A stretch of DNA of 64,000 nucleotides from an uncultured Acidobacteriaceae bacterium (GCA_963828115.1 CAWHDN010000022.1:5592-69591); one strand, 5' to 3'; counted from the stretch's first letter, positions 22,675-31,778 are shown. Notes: a model not told the origin generated them from the letters alone. Numbers and translations: made by a program.

Positions 22675-23745
22675 ATGACAACACGCCTGTTCAAATTGCT
22701 TCTTGCGGTTCTTCTCTGCGCGCAGACGCCGCTGATACTGTCCGCGCAAACCACTGAAGGAGCCGACGACTATAGCGCTTCCATCGCGGGATGCAACGCC
22801 TTTAAAGCTAAGTCACTTGATAGGGGAAAGTCATCTACGGACTTCCTGCGCGCACATGGCATCGAAATTTCGGAGCCGTCGCTCATCGCTGCGCTACAGA
22901 GCGATATCCCCGAAGTAAGGTTTATTGCAGTCACACAGCTATTGGCTGATTGCGATCTGCAATCCATCCCTGTGATTGAGAAAACCTTATACACAGAGAG
23001 GGACGAGCAAATTAGGGCAGGTACCGCTGGAGGCTTGGCCAGTTTCGGTGATCCAGTTGGAGCGAAGTATCTGGCTGCGGCATGTACCGATAACTCCCTG
23101 TCGACTCTCGCCATGAGCGCGGCGGTAGAAGGTCTCCAGCAGGGGCACTACTTGCATCCTCAGTTTCCATCGCCCTCGGTCTGTGCGGACACGGTTCTCA
23201 ATCTGTTCGACAGCAGACCCGACAGCAAGGTTGACATGGTCGAGCTGTTTCTAGCGATGAGTCCTGATGTCTCGCCGACTCAAGCCGACCGCATGGTCGC
23301 CGATGCGCAAAGCCTGCTACAAAGCGATGATGCATCGCATCGCATGGCTGGAAGCGAAGTCTTGGCCGAATTAAACTCCACCGCTTCAATTGAACTCATC
23401 CACAAAGCAATGGAGCGCGCAACAGACTCAAGCGAACGCTCATTTCACTACTCGGAATATTGTTCATTATTGCCGGCGGCCATCAAGGCCATGCCACAGG
23501 ATCAAGCTGCCTCTAGAATTGCGGAGGTAGAAGGGCTGTTGCAGGACAAAGACCCCAGCGTCCGTTGGGATTCCGCTCGAGCACTGGCAAAGATCGGCTC
23601 CCTCTCCTCAATCGAGGCTCTTCGTGCGGCAATTCAGCGCGAAACAGATCCCTCGACGATCGAAGAACTACAGAGCTATCTCGACAAACTGACAAATCCT
23701 CAGCAGCAATCCGCCCCAGCCGCCTCAGCGAATCCGCCGCATTAA
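22675..23745 (+). CDS. Exported HEAT-repeat protein (paralog 2)
   Basis: Signal peptide ending LSA-Q; repeats LQSDIPEVRFIAV, LLQDKDPSVRWDSARALAKIG. Confidence 0.8.
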   Translation: MTTRLFKLLLAVLLCAQTPLILSAQTTEGADDYSASIAGCNAFKAKSLDRGKSSTDFLRAHGIEISEPSLIAALQSDIPEVRFIAVTQLLADCDLQSIPVIEKTLYTERDEQIRAGTAGGLASFGDPVGAKYLAAACTDNSLSTLAMSAAVEGLQQGHYLHPQFPSPSVCADTVLNLFDSRPDSKVDMVELFLAMSPDVSPTQADRMVADAQSLLQSDDASHRMAGSEVLAELNSTASIELIHKAMERATDSSERSFHYSEYCSLLPAAIKAMPQDQAASRIAEVEGLLQDKDPSVRWDSARALAKIGSLSSIEALRAAIQRETDPSTIEELQSYLDKLTNPQQQSAPAASANPPH

Positions 23746-23932
23746 TCCCTTCCACTCTTCCCCAGTGGTGCCCGCGACCCAATCCGAGTAATCTCTATTC
23801 ATCGCGCGCGCGTGGAGTGATCCGGATGCCAACAACCATCACGCCTCCAAATCTCGAACGCCGTCCCCGCCGCTCCGAAGAGGACGATGGAGGCAACAGC
23901 CGTCGTCCGCCCAATGGCCACGACCTCAAGCG
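23721..23932 (+). repeat. Direct repeat copy 2
   Basis: Matches 21701..21912 and continues into the intact gene. Confidence 0.95.
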
Positions 23933-24605
23933 CACCGGCGGCGGGGGCGACAACGACAACTGGGACAACCGGCCCAACCGCCCGCACCGTCCCGGCGAGC
24001 GGCTCATCTCCTATCGCCTCGGTCTCTTCTTCGCCCTCGGGGCCGTCTTCCTCTTCTTCACCGGACTGGTCAGCGTCTTCTCCGTCACTCAGCCCGCCGG
24101 CCGGCTGGACGCCTACAACCACGCCATCAACGCATGGCTGCCCGCCGCCGTCCCGCCCATTCTCTGGCTCACTACCGCCGTTCTGCTGCTCAGCTCCGTC
24201 ACCGTCGAGATCGCCCGCCGCCACATGTTCCAATCCATCGACGCCATGGAGGAGTGGTTTGGCCTGGGACATCCCGTCAGCCGCCGCGCACTGCCCTGGC
24301 TGCTCGCAACCCTCGTCCTCGGCTCGCTCTTCCTCGCCGGCCAGTGGCTCGCCTGGCGTCAACTCGCACTCCAGGGACTCACCTTCCACGCAAGCGGCGC
24401 CGGCGGACACTCCTTCTACATCCTCACCTGCGCCCACGCCATCCATCTCGCCGCCGGCATCATCGCCCTCGTCGCCGCCATCGTAGGACTCTTCGCCTTC
24501 CGCAGCGTCGAAGACCGTCAGATCCTGGTCGATTGCGCAGCCTGGTACTGGCACGCCATCGCCGCCCTCTGGCTCTGCCTCTTCACCCTGCTCGCCCTCC
24601 GCTGA
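23826..24605 (+). CDS. Heme-copper oxidase subunit III-like membrane protein (orphan)
   Basis: TAVLLLSSVT, LGSLFLAGQ, FYILTCAHAIHL, WYWH motifs of the COX3 family; no other oxidase genes adjacent. Confidence 0.8.
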   Translation: MPTTITPPNLERRPRRSEEDDGGNSRRPPNGHDLKRTGGGGDNDNWDNRPNRPHRPGERLISYRLGLFFALGAVFLFFTGLVSVFSVTQPAGRLDAYNHAINAWLPAAVPPILWLTTAVLLLSSVTVEIARRHMFQSIDAMEEWFGLGHPVSRRALPWLLATLVLGSLFLAGQWLAWRQLALQGLTFHASGAGGHSFYILTCAHAIHLAAGIIALVAAIVGLFAFRSVEDRQILVDCAAWYWHAIAALWLCLFTLLALR

Positions 24606-24678
24606 TCGAAACGCGCGCCGCCCGATCTTTTACGGAGCTGGCCCACTCACCGTTTTTCCTTGAACCTACGAATACTCC

Positions 24679-24720
24679 GTGCCCCATTCATCGCGCTCTT
24701 GTCTCATGCGATGAGTGGGT
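24679..24720 (+). repeat. Family B REP
   Basis: gtgccccattcatcgc...gcgatgagtggg just upstream of the Rhs fragment. Confidence 0.75.
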
Positions 24721-24739
24721 CTACCTCTAATCCTGATTT

Positions 24740-26029
24740 ATGATGGTTCATCTGAATAACGCGGAGGGGCAGCGGGTGGCGAAGGGGACGTTGACGGCAT
24801 TCAGTTGCAACATGACGCCCGACCCGGCGACGGGCCTTCCCGCGAACTGCTTTGCGCTCAGCCGCGAGTCGGTGCTGGGCCCCTCGGGCGAGCAGCTCAC
24901 CGAGACCGACGGCAACGGCAACTGGCTGCACACCAACGTCTACGCTGCGGGCAAACTGCTGGCCACCTACAGCTACACAGACTCCACGCACACCGCAACG
25001 GACACCTACTTTGCGCTCAGCGACTGGCTGGGGACCAAGCGTGCCGTCGTCAGCGCAGGCGGCTGCGGGACCGGCTACGTCAGCCTGCCCTACGGCGATA
25101 GCCTGACTCCTTCCAACCTGCCTGGCTTCACGCAATGCCCGGATGCCACCGAGAACCACTTCACCGGCAAAGAACGGGACGCCGAATCTGGAAACGACTA
25201 CTTCGGGGCCAGGTACTACGCAAGCAGCATGGCACGCTTCACGAGCCCTGACCATCCCTTGATCGACCAACATCCTGAGAATCCGCAGAGTTGGAATCTC
25301 TATGCCTATTCTCGCAACAACCCGCTGATTAACATCGATCCGACAGGGCTTGGTTGTGTGACTGATCGGGGTCGGGGGTCAGACGCAAACCATGAGAGCG
25401 TTGAACTTAATAACAGTATCAGCTCAGATGATTGTGCAGGCCAGCATGGAACATGGGTGCCTGGCGACGTCAACCAAGATAACATCGGAGCCTACCGCGG
25501 TTCCGACGGAAATATCAATTTCCAAGCCACGACCAACACTGGAGGGAATGTTTATTACTCCAGTTTTGTTTCAGGTGCGCAAACCGATGCGAATGGAGTT
25601 GGTCCTGGTGCGAGCATCGCACATACTTCTGCGGACTGGCTTTCGAGTCAGCTAGTGGGAGGAAGCCTGGACCAATTGATGTCCTTCGCGGCCAGAAGAA
25701 TGGAACCGCGCGGTGGCGGAGGCATGATGGCTCTATTGGCCGGTCCTGGCTTTTCACCTGATGCTCCAGATAACTGGGCTGGACCGGGCGGGATGGGCAC
25801 ACCGCAGGGACAAGGAGACTGGGCGGCGATGGCACATGACTACAACTTCTTGTCGAACGGAATCACGATAGGTTCTTACTTCAATCCCTTCATCTCGCGG
25901 GCTACCGCAAAGGCGCTTATACAGAGCGACAACAATTTGATCGGACATGCGGGGGGAGCTCAGGCCGCCAAAATGGGAATGTTCTTCGGGGTAGTGAACG
26001 CATTTCAATGGCTCACTCATCCCTTTTAG
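24740..26029 (+). CDS. Orphan Rhs core fragment with C-terminal toxin domain (PLA2-like)
   Basis: NAEGQRVAK YD-type repeat, DWLGT, FTGKERDAESGNDYFGARYY, NLYAYSRNNPLINIDPTG cleavage motif; C-terminus has WAGPG..D.AAMAHD...D. Confidence 0.88.
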   Translation: MMVHLNNAEGQRVAKGTLTAFSCNMTPDPATGLPANCFALSRESVLGPSGEQLTETDGNGNWLHTNVYAAGKLLATYSYTDSTHTATDTYFALSDWLGTKRAVVSAGGCGTGYVSLPYGDSLTPSNLPGFTQCPDATENHFTGKERDAESGNDYFGARYYASSMARFTSPDHPLIDQHPENPQSWNLYAYSRNNPLINIDPTGLGCVTDRGRGSDANHESVELNNSISSDDCAGQHGTWVPGDVNQDNIGAYRGSDGNINFQATTNTGGNVYYSSFVSGAQTDANGVGPGASIAHTSADWLSSQLVGGSLDQLMSFAARRMEPRGGGGMMALLAGPGFSPDAPDNWAGPGGMGTPQGQGDWAAMAHDYNFLSNGITIGSYFNPFISRATAKALIQSDNNLIGHAGGAQAAKMGMFFGVVNAFQWLTHPF

Positions 26030-26072
26030 GTACAGACCTCTCGAAATATCCGTTACCGTTTTGGAGTGCATC

Positions 26073-26573
26073 ATGAAACGAATTGTTCTTATTCTGTTCT
26101 TTGTCATTACTGTCGTCGCTAAAGCTCAGTCTTCGATGCAGGGGCAAAACTCAGCACAGGAGACGTTGGCACGCGGGTATTGGGTTGATCCTTCTACCGG
26201 ACTCATGTGGACCGCAAAGGACAACGGCAACGACATTTCGTGGGGCAATGCAGTGAAATACTGCCAGAACCTGAGATTGGCCGGATACTCCGACTGGAGG
26301 CTACCGTCGATCGATGAATTGCAGAACATTTACGATGACAGCGGCTTTACCGCACCGCACTCAAAGGGCTCAACGCTGGCACTTGCGGGGAGAGCAAAGG
26401 GAGGGCTGCTTCTGACAGGCGCTCGGGAGTGGAGCAGCAGCTGGGTGCTCGATGATCGCGGCCATCGTACTGGGATCGCTTGGCAGTATGACTTTCCCCA
26501 CGGGGAGCGATGGCGTTACGATCCCATCGGTTACACAGGTAGCCTGCGCGCACTATGTGTCCGTCATCCCTGA
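26073..26573 (+). CDS. Exported DUF1566 (Lcl C-terminal) domain protein, candidate immunity protein
   Basis: Signal peptide ending AKA; VDPSTGLMW, W.NA..YC..L.LAGYSDWRLPSIDEL, ALCVR. Confidence 0.85.
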   Translation: MKRIVLILFFVITVVAKAQSSMQGQNSAQETLARGYWVDPSTGLMWTAKDNGNDISWGNAVKYCQNLRLAGYSDWRLPSIDELQNIYDDSGFTAPHSKGSTLALAGRAKGGLLLTGAREWSSSWVLDDRGHRTGIAWQYDFPHGERWRYDPIGYTGSLRALCVRHP

Positions 26574-26862
26574 ACGCGTTGAGTCAGCCTACGATCTCGG
26601 TTCATTCATTTATGATTGTGCCTCGCCAAAATTCAATCCGGGCGCAAAACGGGTGTGGCTCGCCAAAATCCCATCCGGCGCTAAAACGGGTCTGATGAAT
26701 GAACTCAGATTCAGGCTTTGCAGTGACTGTCGATTGGAAAAGGGTTGAACGACGACGCAAGAGAACCATGGAAACGATGACGGGGCCGATGCCACGAGTC
26801 AGCGGACACACTTCTCCCGTGGTTTATCTTCGACTTTGTTGAAAGATGTCCGCAGCGAAAGC

Positions 26863-27126
26863 TCAGGCGGCCAGATCGTAACGATGATGCAGGCCGCCGA
26901 GCCTTGGCATTGATACGACCTTGCAACCTGCATCGTGATGGTTCTCGGCTTCACGACTCGTCAGGAGTTCTGCTTGTTCAAGCCAAGATGCGTACGGTCG
27001 TCGTGGTAGTAGCGGACGTACTCGCTCATCAATCGTCTCAAATGCCGTTCATTGAGCACAATGACGTGATCGAGCAAGTCACGTCTACAGTTGCCAACCC
27101 AACGCTCTGCAACCCCGTTCTGCCGG
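26863..27126 (-). pseudogene. C-terminal remnant of an integrase-core (rve-type DDE) transposase
   Basis: QNGVAERWVGNCRRDLLDHVIVLNERHLRRLMSEYVRYYHDDRTHLGL, then frameshifted PRLGGLHHRYDLAA*; N-terminus absent. Confidence 0.85.
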
Positions 27127-29058
27127 CTACCGCTTCTTCGCCGATGCGCCCTTCGCAGCCGTCTTTCCCTTCGACTTCCCTGCAGTCTTCGCGGCGCTCT
27201 TCGCAACAGGCTTGCTCTTCGCCTTCGTCGCCGCAGCCTTTGCTGGGGCCTTCTTCGCTACAGCCCTTGCAGGAGCCTTCGCCCCAGCCTTTGTCTTCGC
27301 CTTCACCACCGCCTTCGCCACAGGCTTCTTCACAACCTTCTTCACCGGAACCTTCTTCGCCACAACCTTCTTCACCGGAGCAGTTTTCTTCACCGCAATC
27401 TTCTTTGCCGGTGCAGCCTTCTTCGACGCAGCCTTGCCCACGACCGCTTTCTTCGCAACAGCCTTCGCAGCAACCGGCTTCTTGACCGCAGCCTTCGTCT
27501 CACCCGTCTTAGCCACGGCAGCCTTTGCAGGCGTAACATTCTTCGCTGTCGCCACCGGCTTCACTGGCACTACAGCCTTCGCCGCAGTCGCGGCCTTTTT
27601 CTCGACCGGCTTCGCTGTCGCCACCATCGACTCCGCCGCTGCACCCTCAGCCACCAAAGCAGCCTCGTCCGGTCCCTCCGCGTCTTCGACCAGCCCCTCT
27701 TCCGCCTCTGCCTTCTTGCGCGACTTCGCCTTCGCGTCCTTCTTCGCCGCCCGTGCGCGACGCAGATGTACCGCCGGAGGAGGCGCGGGCGGCGAGTACG
27801 GCTCCAGAAACGCCTTCATCTCCTCCACCGTCCCCAGCTTGCCGTCCATTAGCTCAAAGAAGACCTTCTCCACCAGCTCATCGAACCCGGCCAGATCCGC
27901 AACAATCCGCATCTCCTGCATCTGCAAATACGGAACCCTCTGCCGCGCCTGTGGCCACTCCGTATAGAAGCTCTGGAACTTCGCCTGCAGCGCCGCGTTC
28001 TTGGTCGAGTACGCAACCCACAACACCACCTCTGGCCGGGCCGCCATCAGCAGCTTCCAGGTCGCCGACGGGCTGGCCGTCTGCTTCCCGCTCATCTCCG
28101 CCGCAAACCGCTTCGCCTCGCCCTCCAGAGCATCGATCTCCGCAACAAACCCCTGCCGCGGGAAGCTCTTCTTCAGGGCCTTCACTTCCTTGGCAGGCAT
28201 CTTCGCCGTCAGCAGCGGAAACTGCGCCGCCGACGCGTCCGCTACGATGCCCTGCATCTGCAACTGCATCTGGGCCTCGCGCAGCTTCTCCAACTCCGCC
28301 ACATTAGCCTTGGCAGAGCTCCATCCCGGAACCAGCCGCTTCAGCCAGCCCTCTTGCTCCAGCCCGCGCATCACCCGCAGCGGGTCTTCCTCATGCACAA
28401 TCTCTTCCGCCTCGTACCCGCGGTGGAAGCTCTGCAGCGCGGAGATATACCCCTCCGCCTTGCCCGCCACATACCGCGCATGCGTCTTCTCTTCCATCTG
28501 CCAGCCCAGCCGCGCCATAAATCGCGCCGCACGGATCATCCGCACCGGGTCCTCGATGAACCCGTAGTTGCTCACCAGCCGCAACTCCCGGTTTTCGATG
28601 TCCGCCACGCCGTTCAGCGGGTCCATCAGCAGCCCATACGACCCCTCGTTCAGCGACAGCGCCATCGCATTCGCCGTAAAGTCGCGCCGCCGCAGGTCGT
28701 CCAGAATCGTCGCCGCCTTCATCACCGGCTTGCCCGGCTTCGGATAGTGGACCGTGAGTGTGCTCCCCACCTCCATCCGCACGTTGCCCGGAAAACGCAC
28801 AAACAACGCCTGCCCCGCCTCCATCTCGCCGGTGACAACTGCCCCGGCTTTCTGCAAATCTTTCTTCAGCTTGAGAGCGTTGCCTTGAACCGCAACATCC
28901 AGGTCGCGCACCGGCGAGCCGCTCGTCAGGTCGCGCACTGCTCCGCCCACCAGGAACACCGTAAGCCCCTTGCCGCGGGCAATCTCTCGTACCTTGGATA
29001 GTGCCAGTTGTTGGGCCCGGGAAAGCCGGTTTTCAAGCAGATAGATGTAATCGGCCAT
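27127..29058 (-). CDS. Class II tRNA nucleotidyltransferase/poly(A) polymerase family protein with Ala/Lys/Pro-rich C-terminal tail
   Basis: GGAVRD..DLD, DLRRRDFTANAMA, EDPVRMIRAARF; the tail is made of KKA/AKK/PVK repeats. Confidence 0.88.
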   Translation of the reverse strand: MADYIYLLENRLSRAQQLALSKVREIARGKGLTVFLVGGAVRDLTSGSPVRDLDVAVQGNALKLKKDLQKAGAVVTGEMEAGQALFVRFPGNVRMEVGSTLTVHYPKPGKPVMKAATILDDLRRRDFTANAMALSLNEGSYGLLMDPLNGVADIENRELRLVSNYGFIEDPVRMIRAARFMARLGWQMEEKTHARYVAGKAEGYISALQSFHRGYEAEEIVHEEDPLRVMRGLEQEGWLKRLVPGWSSAKANVAELEKLREAQMQLQMQGIVADASAAQFPLLTAKMPAKEVKALKKSFPRQGFVAEIDALEGEAKRFAAEMSGKQTASPSATWKLLMAARPEVVLWVAYSTKNAALQAKFQSFYTEWPQARQRVPYLQMQEMRIVADLAGFDELVEKVFFELMDGKLGTVEEMKAFLEPYSPPAPPPAVHLRRARAAKKDAKAKSRKKAEAEEGLVEDAEGPDEAALVAEGAAAESMVATAKPVEKKAATAAKAVVPVKPVATAKNVTPAKAAVAKTGETKAAVKKPVAAKAVAKKAVVGKAASKKAAPAKKIAVKKTAPVKKVVAKKVPVKKVVKKPVAKAVVKAKTKAGAKAPARAVAKKAPAKAAATKAKSKPVAKSAAKTAGKSKGKTAAKGASAKKR

Positions 29059-29365
29059 ACGGTTGCTCTCTCCACCCGGCCGCTGCCGGGGCACTTCATC
29101 TGATCGCAACGCTCGGCGCTCCAGCCTCGGTTTTCCACCCGGACTCGGCCCTGAACTCGGCTCGGAACGGGGAGGGAACCCGGGTCGGAATTCCGCCCGA
29201 AACTTCGACCTAAACTACTGCGAATCAGTCGTTTACATTGGCCGAAAAAGCACGGCACAAGTCCCTATTTTAGCACGGCTTCGCTGCTTTGGCCAGCCCA
29301 TTTGCACCTTTTTCGTGGCGCACCCGCCCCAGCCGTGCGACAATCCACCCAGACGGTCGCATCGC

Positions 29366-29902
29366 ATGGCAAATTCCCCAAAAAAGGTCCTCGTCCGGCG
29401 ATTCTCCGGTGACACCCTCCCCGGCTACCTGCCCCAGGCCGCCTTCGTGCGAAACCACACATTCGACCTCCTCGACCTCTCCGGACGACTTATATCTTTG
29501 TCGCTCAACGACATCAAGACAGTCTGCTACGTCCGTGACTTCAACCTCTCTGACGCAGTCAACCCAGAGCGCCTCACCCGCCGAACCTTTCTCGCCCGCC
29601 CACGCACCGAGGGCCTCTGGCTCCGCCTCACCTTCAAGACGGGAGACCTCCTCGAGGGCCTCGCTCCCACAAACCGCTCCCTCCTAGACGCGCTCGCCGA
29701 CGACGACGGCCTCTTCCTCACCCCGCCAGACACACGCTCCAACACCCAACGCATATACGTCCCCCGCGCCGCCCTCACCGATCTCCAGCTCCTCGCCGTC
29801 ATCACCACCCCCTCCCGCCGCCAGCCCCTCCCCGCCCCCGCTGAAGACCTCCAGGACGATCTCTTCCACCTCCCCATAGACCCCACCTCCCGCCCAAACT
29901 AA
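29366..29902 (+). CDS. Conserved hypothetical protein (DUF6982-like)
   Basis: MANSPKKVLVRRF...IKTVCYVRDF...LRLTFKTGDLLEGL...SNTQRIYVPR; family name from recall. Confidence 0.65.
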   Translation: MANSPKKVLVRRFSGDTLPGYLPQAAFVRNHTFDLLDLSGRLISLSLNDIKTVCYVRDFNLSDAVNPERLTRRTFLARPRTEGLWLRLTFKTGDLLEGLAPTNRSLLDALADDDGLFLTPPDTRSNTQRIYVPRAALTDLQLLAVITTPSRRQPLPAPAEDLQDDLFHLPIDPTSRPN

Positions 29903-29979
29903 ATGTGGCCAGTGATCCGCTATTAGCAGTAAACGGCAGAAAGATAGTCGTTCTCTCGACCGGAGCGTCACACTCACTC

Positions 29980-30036
29980 CGTCATCCGGCCAGACCCTGA
30001 GCTTGTCGAAGGGGCAGTGGAGGGCCCCCCGCATTT
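29980..30036 (+). repeat. Family A variant REP
   Basis: cgtcatcc...ctgagcttgtcgaagg..gcagtggagggccccccgcattt. Confidence 0.75.
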
Positions 30037-30072
30037 CGCCGTTGTCTGTTGCTCTCCATCCCAAGCCCCGGC

Positions 30073-30110
30073 AAAAAAATCCCCGCCCCCTCGCGCGGCG
30101 AAAGGGCGGG
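30073..30110 (-). terminator. Intrinsic terminator for 30142..31017
   Basis: cccgccc/gggcggg stem; A7 on plus strand gives a U-tract on minus. Confidence 0.7.
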
Positions 30111-30141
30111 AACTCAAACGGTCTTCATCCTTCCATGAGCC

Positions 30142-31017
30142 CTATGGATTCGCGGGAGCAGCCGGTTTCTTCGCTGCCGCGGCCGCTGCCGGCTTCGGCT
30201 TCCAGAACGGATCGGCTTTGATCCAGTCGTCCCCGGGATAGCTCATCTTCGAATTGAACTCATACAGGTTGGTCTGCTCCGACTCAATGCACGCAGCCGA
30301 CAGCTCCCTCACCCGCTTCATTCCATCCGGCCCTATGGCGTCCGCAACTTTCTTGTCGTCGCCCATGCTCGCATCGGCTTCGGCCAGCGATGTCATCTTC
30401 GAGATGGCCAGATAAAGCCCTCCATTGTCCGTTCCGTAGTAGCTCTCATACAACGCCCAGTTCGCAGTCGGCGAAGCCTTCCCAACACCGGCCTGGTACA
30501 GCTTCACCAGCTCCTTCCACTCCGCCCTGTGTCCCGGTTTGATCTTGTACGCCGATACCTCGAAGTAGCGAGAGTGCACCACGTCGCCGAAGCGCAGGCT
30601 GTTCTCCGCATCGAAGACGAAGACGCCCTGGTCGATCTCCGTCAGCAAATCGCCATCCGTAACGCTCAGCCGGTCGAGCGTCGCGGTCAACGCCGAATTC
30701 TTCGCAATCGCATGGTTGTCCTTCTCCCATGCCTCGAACGACGGATACCCCACCATGAACAGGACCCGCGGCCGTCCCGACAGCGATTCAGCCGCCAGAT
30801 AGTGCGTCGGCCACTTCGCCGCGGCAAACGCATTCACAAACGCGCTCTCGCTCTTCTCATGCAGCGCGCCAGACCTGCCCGGCTTCACAAACTCGCGTTC
30901 AATCACCAGGACCTTGGGCGGAGGCATCACCGCGCCAGTCATATCCTGTGCCACCATGGCACCGCCGCCTGTGAAAAATAGACACAACCCTGCACACAAT
31001 CCTGTTAGTTTTCTCAT
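30142..31017 (-). CDS. Exported hypothetical protein, tandem NIPSNAP-like (dimeric alpha+beta barrel) domains
   Basis: Signal peptide; two halves beginning E.VKPG / YKIKPG. Fold is inference. Confidence 0.6.
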   Translation of the reverse strand: MRKLTGLCAGLCLFFTGGGAMVAQDMTGAVMPPPKVLVIEREFVKPGRSGALHEKSESAFVNAFAAAKWPTHYLAAESLSGRPRVLFMVGYPSFEAWEKDNHAIAKNSALTATLDRLSVTDGDLLTEIDQGVFVFDAENSLRFGDVVHSRYFEVSAYKIKPGHRAEWKELVKLYQAGVGKASPTANWALYESYYGTDNGGLYLAISKMTSLAEADASMGDDKKVADAIGPDGMKRVRELSAACIESEQTNLYEFNSKMSYPGDDWIKADPFWKPKPAAAAAAKKPAAPANP

Positions 31018-31318
31018 CGCTACCTTTGGCTTTCAGAGTTATTTTGCTCATCGAATTCGCCGCAGCAAAAAATCGCTGCGGCTCCGCAGTTGCAACTCTT
31101 CAGTTGCAGCTCCACATGGTTTTGTCTGCGATTCGGGCCCAAAACAAGGAAGGAAATCTGTTGTGCCCCAGAGTTCAACTCAGTTAGACTCACCTGTCGT
31201 CATCTCCGACTTATTTTTTTACTCCGTTGCCCTCGCCGCCGGCTCCATCGCTACGCCGCGTCCCAATCGCAACCCCAGCCGCAACCCGACTTACTTCCCG
31301 AAACGCAACCCCTCTGTT

Positions 31319-31478
31319 TGTCATTCTGAGCGCAGCGCCTCTTGAGATTGTCATTCTGAGCGCAGCCCTCTTGAGATTGTCATTCTGAGCGCAGCGAAGA
31401 ATCCCCGCATTTCGCCGTTGCCGTTGTTTGTTCTCCTACGGGTGCCCCATTCATCGCGCACTTTGCGATGGGTGGGAT
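31319..31478 (+). repeat. REP cluster: three tandem family A starts plus a family B copy
   Basis: tgtcattctgagcgcagc at 31319, 31349 and 31378; gggtgccccattcatcgc..gcgatgggtggga at 31440. Confidence 0.88.
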
Positions 31479-31635
31479 TCGACTCCTAAAAACCCAGCAA
31501 ATCGCCGTGTCAATACCCTCGAACCCCCAAAATCCCCCCCCTAACCCGCACCAACCAAACGATTAATTCTTTTTAAAAGCTGGCATAGTAGTTTCCCTCC
31601 ATCCCGTATAATTAAATCAGTAAGCAAAACCAAAC

Positions 31636-31666
31636 AGACCCGGCCAACCGCCGGGTCTTCGCTTTA
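31636..31666. terminator. Perfect 9-bp hairpin, probable terminator
   Basis: agacccggc-caacc-gccgggtct, A-rich before and T-rich after. Confidence 0.6.
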
Positions 31667-31778
31667 ATGCGTCTCGCGCGCTTAGAGCGTGCTTAACTTG
31701 CATTTTTTGAATACTTTACGCTATTAGCACGGGGGGAGGGTACACATCCACGCACGAGCCCAATCAGGCCGTCGCCGC

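Noticed and set aside
26904-27967. Long plus-strand ORFs with repetitive Phe/Ala/Ser or Arg/Leu content
   Set aside because: Antisense shadows of the integrase remnant and the Lys/Ala tail.
29139-29222. Loose 12-bp periodic sequence upstream of the nucleotidyltransferase gene
   Set aside because: Too degenerate to define a unit or function by eye.
31319-31412. Possible CRISPR array (about 30-bp periodic repeats)
   Set aside because: Intervening sequences are near-identical rather than unique spacers, units are partial family A REPs, and no cas genes are present.
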